In this document: piece after piece, positions 50,101 to 61,190 of the stretch
Layout of the letters: the number at the start of each line of letters is the position of its first letter
How positions within the stretch are numbered: the first letter of the stretch is position 1
Assembly (NCBI RefSeq): GCF_964355755.1
Contig: NC_092679.1
Coordinates: forward strand, 2,076,201 to 2,140,200
Direction of reading: 5' to 3'
DNA length: 64,000 nucleotides
Source of the DNA: Antedon mediterranea
Lineage: Eukaryota; Animalia; Echinodermata
The notes under the pieces: model-generated
Databases searched by the model: none
What the model saw: the letters and a program-made list of their open reading frames with translations, nothing else
What the model was told of the DNA's origin: nothing
Translations under genes and position numbers: made by a program

Positions 50101-53100
50101 TCTTCTGCAGGCGTTTCACTGGCGGAATCTTCTCCATCAGTTTCCTCTCCTTGTAATTTATTTTGTTCTGCCGGTGTTTCACTTGCGGAATCTTCTATGT
50201 TAGCGTCATCGGTATCTTCTGCCGGTGTTTCACTTGCTGAATCTTCTATGTTAGCGTCATCGGTAGGCCTATCTTCTGCCGGTGTTTCACTTGCGGAGTC
50301 TTCTAAGTTAGCATCATCGGTATCTTCTGCAGGAATCTCACTGGCTGATTCTTCATCATATTCCTCGTCACTTGCTGAATCTCCATTTATAAGCTCTTGT
50401 TTATTATTCCACGTAAATGATGAGGGTTTGTTTTTCAGTCCACGAAATTCACCCGGTTTTAACTCGTTGTAAAAGTCCTTCACTGAAATATATAGCAATA
50501 TAAATTTAGGTTACAAGACCAGTTATATTTTTCCATAAGTGATGTAATACATAAGACAGATGCAATATGGCCAAAGCAATCGGGAATAAGATGACTAACT
50601 TGTTAACTTACTTCGATCAGCTGGAGTTTTTTCTTGTCCTCTATTATTTTGTTTCGTGACGTCATTTTGTTCCAACATTTCACCAGGTATCAGATCTTTA
50701 CCTGTAGAAAATTTGAGACATTGAGACAAATAATAAATAAGTTCCCTTTTTATAATTGTTGTTTGAATCAACATTTTACTGTTAAATAAGATTGTTGCTG
50801 ATATGACTCGCTGCATAGTTCATAGTTCATCAGTCATGCGTTATTACAATTGATATTTTACCATTATTTACTTTATTCTTATGTAAGGCATACGTGTAAT
50901 TTAAATGTATCTATAATAAAGGTATCTATAATAATATACAGAATACAAATTATATTTTCATCCAATCACCTTTGGCCAACTGATTCTGGTTGTTTTGAAG
51001 TTCTGCGACCCATTTCAAAGTTTTCTGAAGCTTCTGATGTTCAAACTCCAAAGCTTTTAATAGATGATACAGGACATTATCTACAGTGTTCTTCCATTCG
51101 CCCGAATCTGGTAGCCATCCACTAACACTGCTCTCTCCTTCTGCAAGAGCACCGTCTCCACTACCTTCATCCTTATTCCTTTTGCTCTGAACGACGGAAG
51201 GCGAACTATCGCCCAATTCTTTTACGTATTTCATTGCTGCAAAGAAAGTGCCGTAACATCATTAACAAATAATAAGAAAATATCTTATAGGTGTTCCAGT
51301 TTGCTGACATTGTGGTCCTGCTGACTTTGCCCAAAATACGTTTACAAATTGTGAAGTGAATTGACTAGAGAACAATTTTTGATTAATTTTTGAAGACTAT
51401 AAATTAATAATACGCCGCTAAATTATATTCTGAATCTGAAACAAACATTTGTAAACCGTTTTATAAGAGCTGTTATAAAATGTTATGTAATATTGATTTT
51501 ATTTTCATTGTTATGTTACATTCCTGATTGAAATAGCTTTTAGAATTCAACATGATACTGGTTTAGATGAAACTCTAATCCTTATGGCATATCGATTGCA
51601 GTGATGTTAAAGCCAACTGTCAAATGTGCACATACTTATGCAACAGAAATATGATGTATTACAAGAATGGTTTTGATAATGTAGGAGGCTTAACACCAGT
51701 GTTGAGAAACACGGCGGTAGTAAAAATAAAGCTTGGTTCCAACTAGGACGTAACGCAAACGTAAGCAATTTGATAAATGACAAGCGATAGATTGTTTTGA
51801 ACTATCAGGGTCAACTCGCTTGCGTTGCTCTTACGTCCCTGCGTTGCGTGGTTGTAGGAAACAAGCGTACGTCAACGACTGCGTGACGAATAAGCGTAGT
51901 TCACCGACCACCATGCTTCAACAACGCCAGAGCCATATATATGGCTCTAAAGCGTGGTTCCCACTAGCGACGCAACACAAGGACGTAACGCAACGCAAGT
52001 GAATTGACCAATCACAAGCGATGGCTTATTCGCTTGTGATTGCTAACTGTCTATAACTTCGCTTGTCATTGGTTGAAACGCTTGCGTTGCGTTTACGTCC
52101 TTGCGTTACGTTCTAGTGGGAACCAAGCTTTAACAACGCAACGCAAGGACGCCGCGTAACGTAGGATTGGACCTATCAAAAGACGGTTCGGATAATAACT
52201 ATTATTTGGAATTTCTGATGATTATTGATGACAACACGGATCCATGATAACAGAATGCAAAGGATGCAGATGATGATGATAATGGTACCGTATTTCGATA
52301 ATTTAATTCATTTCAAAATCTTACCTCCGTTTACCATTTCAAGACACTCTTCACTTACACCCGAGAGGTCCATTTGGTGTGATTTTTCCTGCTGTGCTAT
52401 CAATCTTATGACATCAGCAGCGCAATTGTTCAATTTCTAAAAGAAGAAAATGTAATAATAATGTCAATTATTTCTTACTTTCTTCTTTAGGCCTATTGTA
52501 TTTAGAACATTTTAGCAGGGAAAACAATTTTATTTTAAACTAAAATAAATCCTACTCCAAAAATAAATTGCAATATCGCGAAAAAAGGAACAAATACATT
52601 TATTTTTGTTTTCTGTGCTTCCATGATATTAATAGTCTTTTTATGCTTTGCTTGTTTGTTTTCTTGTCTGTCTGTCTGTTTTGTTTTGTTTCTGTACGTT
52701 AAATTAAACATCAATATGATGTTTTTCTTAAAGATTCAAGATTCAAACTTTAATCTAATCCATTTCTGGAAATTCCATTGCTTGCATTAAAAATTACAGA
52801 ACAGCAATTACAATACAATTGAAATTACAATAAAACTTATTGGATATATGTATATCACCGGGCGGTTTCGAATTAATGTTCATTGCCTAATGTGTTTTTA
52901 TATATATAATATGTATAAATCCAAAGGCAAATTACTGAAAAAAATGACAATGCTGTGGGTATTAGTGGCCGGATCTCAATGAAGATACAAAAAAAAGAAG
53001 CGAAAAGCTAAATCAAAACGATAAAGTAAAACAGCCAGAAAAGTTAGCAGAGCTATATTCAATAAACATAATAGCTATAATAAATTTTAGCTATATAAAC

Positions 53101-56100
53101 AATAAAATGCAAACTATTTACAGTATATTTCTCATAATTATCATCGTTTGTAATTGTTGTTAAAAAGTGTAATGGCTTGTGGAGAAGGAAGGAGAGAAGA
53201 TATCGTTCAGTGCGGGAGGCCGGCAGACGATATCTCAGTAGGAGAAAGGAAGGAGAGAAGATATCGTTCAGTGCGGGAGGCCGGCAGACGATATCTCAGT
53301 AGGAGAAAGGAAGGAGAGCAGAATCGTTCAGTGCGGGAGGCCGGCAGACGATATCTCAGTAGGAGACCTTCAAATTGTATTGCTTTGCTTTGCGTCTTTA
53401 TTATATATGTCAACATTTTTATTTTTGTTACCTTGAAAAAGAAAAAGAAATAAATGTTATTGATTAATTGATTGATTGATTTATTGATTGATTTATTGAT
53501 TGATTTATTGAGTGAGAATATTTTGTTTTTTCATTTTATATGTAATATTACTTTCATACTATAAATTCTACTTTAATAATAGACATAAATCGTGTATCAC
53601 GTTACTTATAGATGAAAGCTTCTAGCTAGCTTTTAGGCCTCTAATATGTTTTCCAAATGTCTCGTCAGCTTATCAATTAGTCGCGATGACTGGTTCTGCT
53701 GCCACATCCAGTCATTCACTACATTAGCTGATGTTTTGACATTGGCCTAGAAAACTGTCATGGTTTTTTCTTGATGAGCCATTGGTCATAATTGTTGACA
53801 ATGTTGTATATTAGACGCATCTATCACTCAGTCGTTGCCTTTTCTTCATTTAATTAATTGTTTTAGTATTCATAATCATGATTCACTCACTCATTAAAAT
53901 GTTGTTATTCAGAACTAGCCTATTTTACCATTCAATATGCACAGTATTATATTTATTGATTTATATATAAACAGAATCATACAATAAGATGCGTTATAAT
54001 AAAATGTATCCTAATTTATGTTCCGTTTTCTATGATGTATTCGGTTGTTAACTGTACTTTTATTGTACGGCCTGTACAGCGTTCTTTTGCTACACATTTT
54101 GACTTTAATGGCCGCCCATAATATTCGTTATATTAGGCATAATAATTTCATACTATATATGTTGATATGCTTAATCCCATTCTTTATCACTATGTGAGGT
54201 GTCATCTTCGTGAATATAACCTATTTCTTTGCATAGATTAATCATTACTTGTTCTTTGTATGAATATCCTAATGTAATGAAAGCTCTGTCTACACTGTCA
54301 AATTTTATTTGAAAATATATGAAATGATAGTGATTATATGTTATATGTGATGTGCCCATATATGGACACGATGATGTCATATCCCACTACCATATTAAAG
54401 CATACCACTACCATATTTGGGCACATCATATTTTCCCTTTGGTCAAATTAGTATGATAGTGTAGAGAGAGCTTAAAACTAGATTTAAACTCGCCATTTGG
54501 GACGAGTTAAGTTATCAACGCAAACGCAAAAGCAAAATGCACTGCGTCCAACGCTAAAAAAATGCGCACAGAAATTAATTATGCCATCCTATGACCTTAA
54601 GTAAATATATTCTTAAATTATTCTGGTTTTCCATTTGACAACAATAAATAGTAATCACATCCAACGTATAAGAATATATGACAGACAGGCCGACGATCGA
54701 CACAAGTTTAATAAAACATAATACTGTATTGATAAATAAAAAACGCAACTGACCAATAATTTCCAAGGGATAACAATGAATGGGAGGGGTTGGGTGTGTT
54801 TAGTTGGCACGGCAAAACCTGGCTTTTTTAAATCTCTCATTAACTTATTGATGATATCCTCGTGCATTTTCAAGGGGGTTGTCCTCGTTTATCCACCAAA
54901 CGTCTCCTTTTCTGCTTCTTCTTCTTTCGAAAATATCATAAATCGATATAAAACATATTCTAACCAGGAATTCTGTTAAGCGTTCCATCCTTGGAAAATA
55001 AGTAATTTATGTATGTATTATTCAGAATCAGTTTCCCGCTAATTCGTACAATTTTCTCGAGTAATTGAGTGTCTTTTCTAACACCGCTGTTACTTAATAA
55101 TAACTGTAAATGTATATGAATCAGCAGCGTTTTAGTGATTTTGTGCTAAAAAAGAACAATAACCCTTTCATTTACCATGGCTTATTCATGAATTGTAAAA
55201 ATATTCTATTAATATATATATATGTTATATAATATTATAATACCGCTGTTTTCGCAGGGAAAATGTTTCAGCGTGTAATTTCTTGCTATTTTCTGCCAAT
55301 ATAGCAGTTGAAGAATAATATATAGGCCTAAGGTTTATTCTTTTATATTAACCATAATAATTTCATATAATCAGATTTAAAAGTAGGCAGAATGTATTTA
55401 AATGGTAGGAAACCTCAACAATTATAATATTATACACCACTGTTTTCTCGGGGAAAATGTTTTAACATATACGCTAATTTTTTCTGCCAATAACAGTGAA
55501 AGAATAAAGGTTTATTCTTTTTCTTTTTAAACATAATAATTGCAGGTTAAAAAGTAAGCAGAATGTATTTAAATGATAGGAGGCCTGAATAATTAGAGTA
55601 TAAATCGCTCGAAGTCTATCTACTTAGAATCGTAAACCACTTTTTAACGATGTTATGAGTAATAATGAAGATAATCAGTCGTCGGATTATGATAGGAATT
55701 ATTCAAGTAGAATTTTTATTGTAATAATTAAAATGCATTAGGCCTACTCGAGCGGTATCTAGACTTGCCCCAAGTCTGTATTTATTGTCTTTTTTATTTT
55801 AGTCCACCAGTCGACGTTTCGATTTTTGTCTGAAAATACAACCTCAAGTATAGTATACGTATGTGCCAAAATATTTATATTTTTACTAATATTAGGTCCG
55901 TCTGGAACCCAGACTATAGAGCGGTATGTTGATTGTGCTCTTTCTTACAACAATCTTCATCCCATGGGGTACTGTGGGCTAGTCAGTTTTATAGTGAGAG
56001 TATTACTTAGTATAGGGCCTAAGCCTGTTTCCGTCAGAAGACACGATACTGCAGAATGATTATTTTCACTAGATATGATACTCGAATCGACTGGATTCAG

Positions 56101-57203
56101 GCAAGTATAAAAACCCCCTTCTATTCGTATTCTGACTCGAGTTTCAGAAATAATATTTCTATATCGTGGTTTTTAAGCACTTATTAGATTGCGAAAACCC
56201 ATGATCAATCCTATGCAATTAATGTAACTTGTCAGATCCTAGTCATATAAGGGTCCGTTACTGTTGAGAAATTGCTGTAAGAGGAATTTTATGCAAAGCC
56301 TTCTCTACAAACATAAATCCTTGTCACATAAAGGCAAGACGTATAATGTATTGATAGGCCTACAACGCAGCTGACGATTTGAACTAGAACCTTTTAAAAT
56401 GTAGGCAACACAGAAACGAAACCATAAAGAGCAGTTTTGTAGCATAATGTCCCTTCCTTAAACTCATAAATACCAATTTCTACCCCACTCCAAGCTTACC
56501 ATCAGACGTTATAATAAATGTACAAAACACTCTGATTTGAGTTTAATATGCTGGAGTTCAGGATAGAGAGAAGAGAAGTGGGCGGAGCTCAATTTATCTC
56601 AAACACAGAGTACTGTTCTACGTTAAAACAATAGTTCATGTTTAGCATTTGAATAGCTAACAATAGCCTTATACACTCGGAATCTTGCAATTAAATTCTT
56701 CAAATGTTAACTCCGACATTCGGAAAATTAGGCCCAATACATACATTAATCAATTGTTGAGATACAATAGTCACGATATATTGCACAACGTACATTGTGT
56801 ACTGAAGTCACCAATTCATTAATTTGTAATATAAACAGATGGCTTTCCTTTAATTAATAACCTTTTTATATGATATAATAACCCTTTTATATAATATAAT
56901 TATGCTCCCCTTTTAAGTTAAAAATTACATTAGGCTGTCACGCATGATTGATTAACAACATAAAGAATTCGTCACAAATTTATCAAACTTTCTATGTTAT
57001 TATGCATATCTACGGTAATTCGTTAAATGCTTTTAAGGCTATAGTATGTACATTTATCGTGTAACGTGAACTGAACTTAGATGGCCCTAGAAATCCTCAA
57101 TTATGAGTAATGTATAATGAAAAACATGAAACATAGCTTACCGCATCTGTCGTGTCAGTGCCTTCCGCAACTCCTTCCGGTTCAGATACTGGTTTCCCAT
57201 ATC
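47174..57203 (-). CDS. Acidic secretory-type protein, candidate chromogranin A/B (granin)-like; signal-peptide exon not found in the window
   Basis: In-phase exons 57142-57203 (phase 1-0), 52325-52436 (0-1), 50970-51236 (1-1), 50612-50701 (1-1), 49308-50482 (1-0) and 47174-47284 (0-stop) give ~605 aa. There are exactly two Cys (CAADVI...VSEECLE), a very acidic central repeat and KR/KK sites. The gene model is well supported; the family call is inference. Confidence 0.7.
48015..48046. mobile_element. 32-bp CAGGG...CCCTG insertion, 7-bp target duplication (6/7)
   Basis: GTACAGG|CAGGGAA...TTCCCTG|GTATAGG. Confidence 0.65.
48770..49112. mobile_element. Non-autonomous DNA transposon with TTAA target duplication (Kolobok-like)
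   Basis: TTAA|AGATGTATTGTCTCC ... GGGGACAATACATCT|TTAA, a 14/15 TIR, plus an inner inverted GAATATGCCATTTT/AAAATGGCATATTC. Confidence 0.8.
51951..52129. mobile_element. MITE family B copy
   Basis: Full-length 179 bp. Older degenerate relatives lie at ~51730-51866, ~48570-48709 and ~11737-11899. Confidence 0.9.
53181..53365. repeat. ~61-bp GC-rich tandem repeat x3 with internal hairpin
   Basis: GGAGAAAGGAAGGAGAGAAGATATCGTTCAGTGCGGGAGGCCGGCAGACGATATCTCAGTA. An (ATTG)n tract follows at ~53459-53510. Confidence 0.9.
54282..54472. mobile_element. MITE family A copy
   Basis: TIRs and core, with an extra AT-rich internal segment. Confidence 0.8.
55225..55595. repeat. Imperfect ~190-bp tandem duplication
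   Basis: CTGTTTT...GGGAAAATGTTT...TTTCTGCCAATA...AGGTTTATTCTTTT...GCAGAATGTATTTAAATG occurs twice. Confidence 0.8.
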
Positions 57204-57668
57204 CTAAAAAAACAAATCATTATTAAATTTCATTTCAATCATAAAATACGATAAGTATAAAACAAAATGTAATGTACTGTACTGTATACACAGACTAAAC
57301 GTCAGGCTGTTGTAGTGGTACCCGAAGCTAAGTTCACTTTTATTTTTTGTTAATAAATTTATGAACCTATACATTAGATAGGCTCATGATTTTACCAAAT
57401 ACCCGAGACAACATTGTTGAGATGAAATTGTTTTCACATTAATTTATATTTATACTTTGTATTTAATTTTGTCAGATTATAATATAATTTGTCATTGTGT
57501 AGGCATACAAAAGATCACCACATTTGGAAACAACGATACCGATTAATTTTATATCTCAATTCTTCATTGTGTTATAACAAAAATGTTCTCGGCAACAATA
57601 CAACTTTGATCTGCTACCAGGAATGGTACCAGGATTTTTTTTAATGTTTTAATTTAACAAAGTTGTTG

Positions 57669-57881
57669 AGCTCTGTCTACACTATCAGGCCAGGGAGTTG
57701 TTACTAATAACAACTCCCTGATCAGGCTTTATGTGACAAAAATGTGATGTACAAGTCAAATATCAAATTATGGTAGTAATACGTCAGTATGCTTAAATAT
57801 GGTAGTGATATGATATCATCATGTCCATATTTGGGTACATCACATTTTTTTGTCACATAAAGTTTGATAGTAGACAGAGCT
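57669..57881. mobile_element. MITE family A copy carrying a nested 30-bp hairpin element
   Basis: The left TIR is interrupted at ATCAGGC by 57691-57720. Confidence 0.8.
57691..57720. mobile_element. 30-bp CAGGG...CCCTG hairpin, perfect 7-bp target duplication, nested in MITE A
   Basis: ATCAGGC|CAGGGAGTTGTTA-CTAA-TAACAACTCCCTG|ATCAGGC. Confidence 0.85.
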
Positions 57882-58950
57882 GTAGTTTATATCGTCAAAA
57901 TTATGCGCTATTATGATCATACTTTAAATACAGTCTGATCTTCAAGTAAAGCTTTCAGCGTATAATAAGACAAACGTGGCGTATAAATACATATCCGGTA
58001 ATATGTGCATTTTCAATAAACACTAATATAATTCGAAGGTCTACCACATATGGTTTCCACAATTAGAAAATCCATTCAACGGTAGTATTGTAATCAACGT
58101 AGCTATAATTAATCGTGCTCTCCTCCTCAATCATGCCTTCGTCGAAGGTGGTATGCCTAAACTTATCAATATATTAGATGTTAATTGTTAAAACGAGAAA
58201 ATGCAAATCATGTAACTGTGAGTATTTCTCACAGACATATTTTGTGATACAGTGTAAGATGTGTCCCTAAATGACACAGGAAAATACTGCCAAATGCCAT
58301 AGTCAGTTGAAATTTAAAAATGTTGTTATGCTTTTTATATAACTGTATAATGTAAATTTGGCGCAATTCAGATTATTCTGCAAATAATAAACCATAATTG
58401 AATTGAATAACCGCTAATAGTAAATATGCGTGGAGTGTGTTATTTCTGTTGTAGCTTACCCAACCTTTGTTAATCTCATAATCTCATATTTTTTTTATCA
58501 TTAATCCTTTGTTATAATCTGCCATTATTATAATAAACCTCAATATTGAGCGCGCGCCTTAAGAACAGCCACCTGAATTCCCCACTGTATAATTAATCAA
58601 TTGTATATGGTCAACGTTGTACAGTTATCACAGCGTCAGCGTTTGTGCGTAGCACACATTTTGTCGAAAACCATGAGTAATAATTACTACTCGTCTCAGG
58701 TGTTAAACTATAACAAAAGTATTTATAATTTGGTGCATTGACCACGCAAATATTGCACCAGGGATAATAGTCTGAATTGTTTTAATTGCTTTTGTTTCCA
58801 AGAACGGACATGTATTTATTTATCGCATACATTGACATATAAGATAAGTACGTGAAATAATGATAAACTAAGTATAACCATCCAGACTCTTAACAAGGCC
58901 CAAGAGATACTATTGTAACACTCGCATGTCTACCTGCGTATGCTTAGGCG

Positions 58951-58983
58951 CAGGGAGAGCGAAATTACTTAATTAATTCTCTG
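58951..58983. mobile_element. Degenerate 33-bp member of the CAGGG hairpin family
   Basis: TTAGGCG|CAGGGAG...TTCTCTG|CTAGGCG. Confidence 0.5.
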
Positions 58984-61190
58984 CTAGGCGTTAGTCTAGG
59001 TTCTAGGCGGAGTGTTTACTTAATTTTAACAGTAAAAAGATAGGCCCTCATGATGATTCTGCACATATGGCGTTTCATACGTATACAACTTGAGCTCGTA
59101 ACCTTAGTATTTTCAGACAAATATCGACTAACATAAAAAGCAATAACTAAATACTTAAGGCAAGTCTACCTAGGCCTAACAAAAACCCACCTCATTGCAT
59201 TTTTCTTTCAAAAGCACACCTTAATGTGACGACAATAATGCTGGCTTCTTAGTAGGCTTACGCTTCAGTCGGAATCTTATTAGGCCTACCACCTCCCTGT
59301 AATAGCTGTTTGCTTACATGAGACTGTTTACTTGAGATAACAAAAGTAAATGGGTAACACAAAAAACGTTGAATAATCGCATACCCAGGTGCAATCCCGT
59401 ATTTGCATTTGATTATGCAATTAATTCGACCAATCACAAGCGACAATTCGGATTGGCCGCCACTTGCTCGTAATCATTGTGTAATGTCAGTGAATTGAGG
59501 CTTAAGTGGGGGACGGGATGAGTTTAGATTTGAACTTGAGATTGAATTCATTTCATACATTTTTAGTATGATATAGTATACCTATGTACAAAATTTATTA
59601 GAAAATGATTTAAAAATAAATAAATAAACAAGATCTGTGAGGGGAGTGAGGTTCAGCCAATAATTTGACGTCTTTGAAGATGACGAAATGGCGCGTATTT
59701 AATAGGCATATTAACCATGTACAACCATGAGAAGCCAATGTCTTAGAGTAAACTTTCCTTTTTTATGTAGATTGGGTCGATATCTATACAGTATACAGAT
59801 CTGATGTATAATAAAGAATTAACCTTCGCCATGTACAACGAAGTAACGCCTTATATTCGGCTTGTGTTTAAATAACATCGATCGTGCTAGTGGCAACTTG
59901 CGGACGCCTGTTGCATACTCGATTGGTTATAAACACACTTTGATTGTTAACATACAATTCTTGGATATATCGTCTAGATAGGGTAACGACATACAATGCT
60001 TGGATACAATCTAGAAGGGACAATTATACAGACATTACCTGCCTATGGGTGAAATATAATATTAGACATCTCCGAGAGAATTTTATTTTTATCAACGGAA
60101 ATAATATATATCGAGGGAAAATATAATCCTAAGATAATGCTTATCTTGTGACGTCAGACGCGATATATCAATTTTGATCCTCTCGGATCAGTGGTCACCA
60201 TTTCGTCCAATCACGTTCCTGTGTTCGGCACAGACTATGTTATAATATAATATCATATTTATGATCATTGTATTGCATTGTATCCTTCCTTATTATGTGC
60301 CCATGCCATTAAAAAAATCGTAATATTTTTGATGATTTTACAGTTTAGATAAAAACGTCTTTATGTCGAGCTTTAACGAATTGACCATTGTAACCATTTT
60401 TTATTTGAAATGTATATTAATAATGTAAGCCTAGATGATGGATGTACACCTGGCATTACGTACGTTCACAAATACAAATCAACGTATATATTTCCTCTCC
60501 GTATTTTGATATACATTAAAACATATTCTCATCATCAGTCGAATGTAGTCGTAGAATGCATGATGAAGAATATTATAGGTATAAAAAACATAGCATTATC
60601 AGTATATATTACATAGTTGTAAGCACGGCGTTGTTAAACTGACTTAATGCACTGTATATAAGATGAATCGAAATGTCACAGAGACTTATCGCAAAGCCGA
60701 ACATGTAGTACATCTTGTTTAACTAAGACCAAAAGCAGGTTGAATACGCTGATGTGCCTACGTACAGTTGCCTAGAGCATTGAAGGGTCACTTTAAGGCC
60801 ATGTCGTCAGTTTATACAATTATTACGCATAGTACACCACGTTTACGTCGGCGCGATTTACTGTTACGGATACCATACCGTATACGTTCCGTGTATGTAA
60901 GTATAGTTTAAGGGTCGCACAATCTATTTGCGGGAGCACACAGATGCCTTGGTCACACATACACACGTACCACTGTATATAATAATACTGTCTACGAAGA
61001 CTAGACTAGTTTTGCCTGTAGCACACTGAGTTTACGTGCGGGCACACTTTCGTGTAGAAGGTTGATGACTTAGTAGCACACGATGTTTACGTCATGGGAC
61101 ATGCGCATTCCCGGTCTACTAAGTACGAGGATCAGGCTACTATAATATAGCTATTAAAAATAAAATATTGTTTTATCTGTACCACATGAC

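Noticed and set aside
49521-50472. Long plus-strand and alternate-frame ORFs over the acidic exon
   Set aside because: These are shadow frames of the 39-bp coding repeat. Only the minus-strand acidic frame has in-phase splice sites.
54750-54975. Possible extra exon on the minus strand
   Set aside because: All three frames from the acceptor hit a stop, and there is no recognisable protein similarity.
55780-55860. Penelope-type hammerhead ribozyme (CGAAACGTCG on the minus strand)
   Set aside because: There is no CTGANGA core or convincing stems; at most a decayed relic.
59313-59382. Signal-peptide-like MRLFNVFCVTHLLLLSQVNSL as exon 1 of the granin-like gene
   Set aside because: The available donors are phase 0 or 2, but phase 1 is needed. 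Exon 1 is probably beyond the window.
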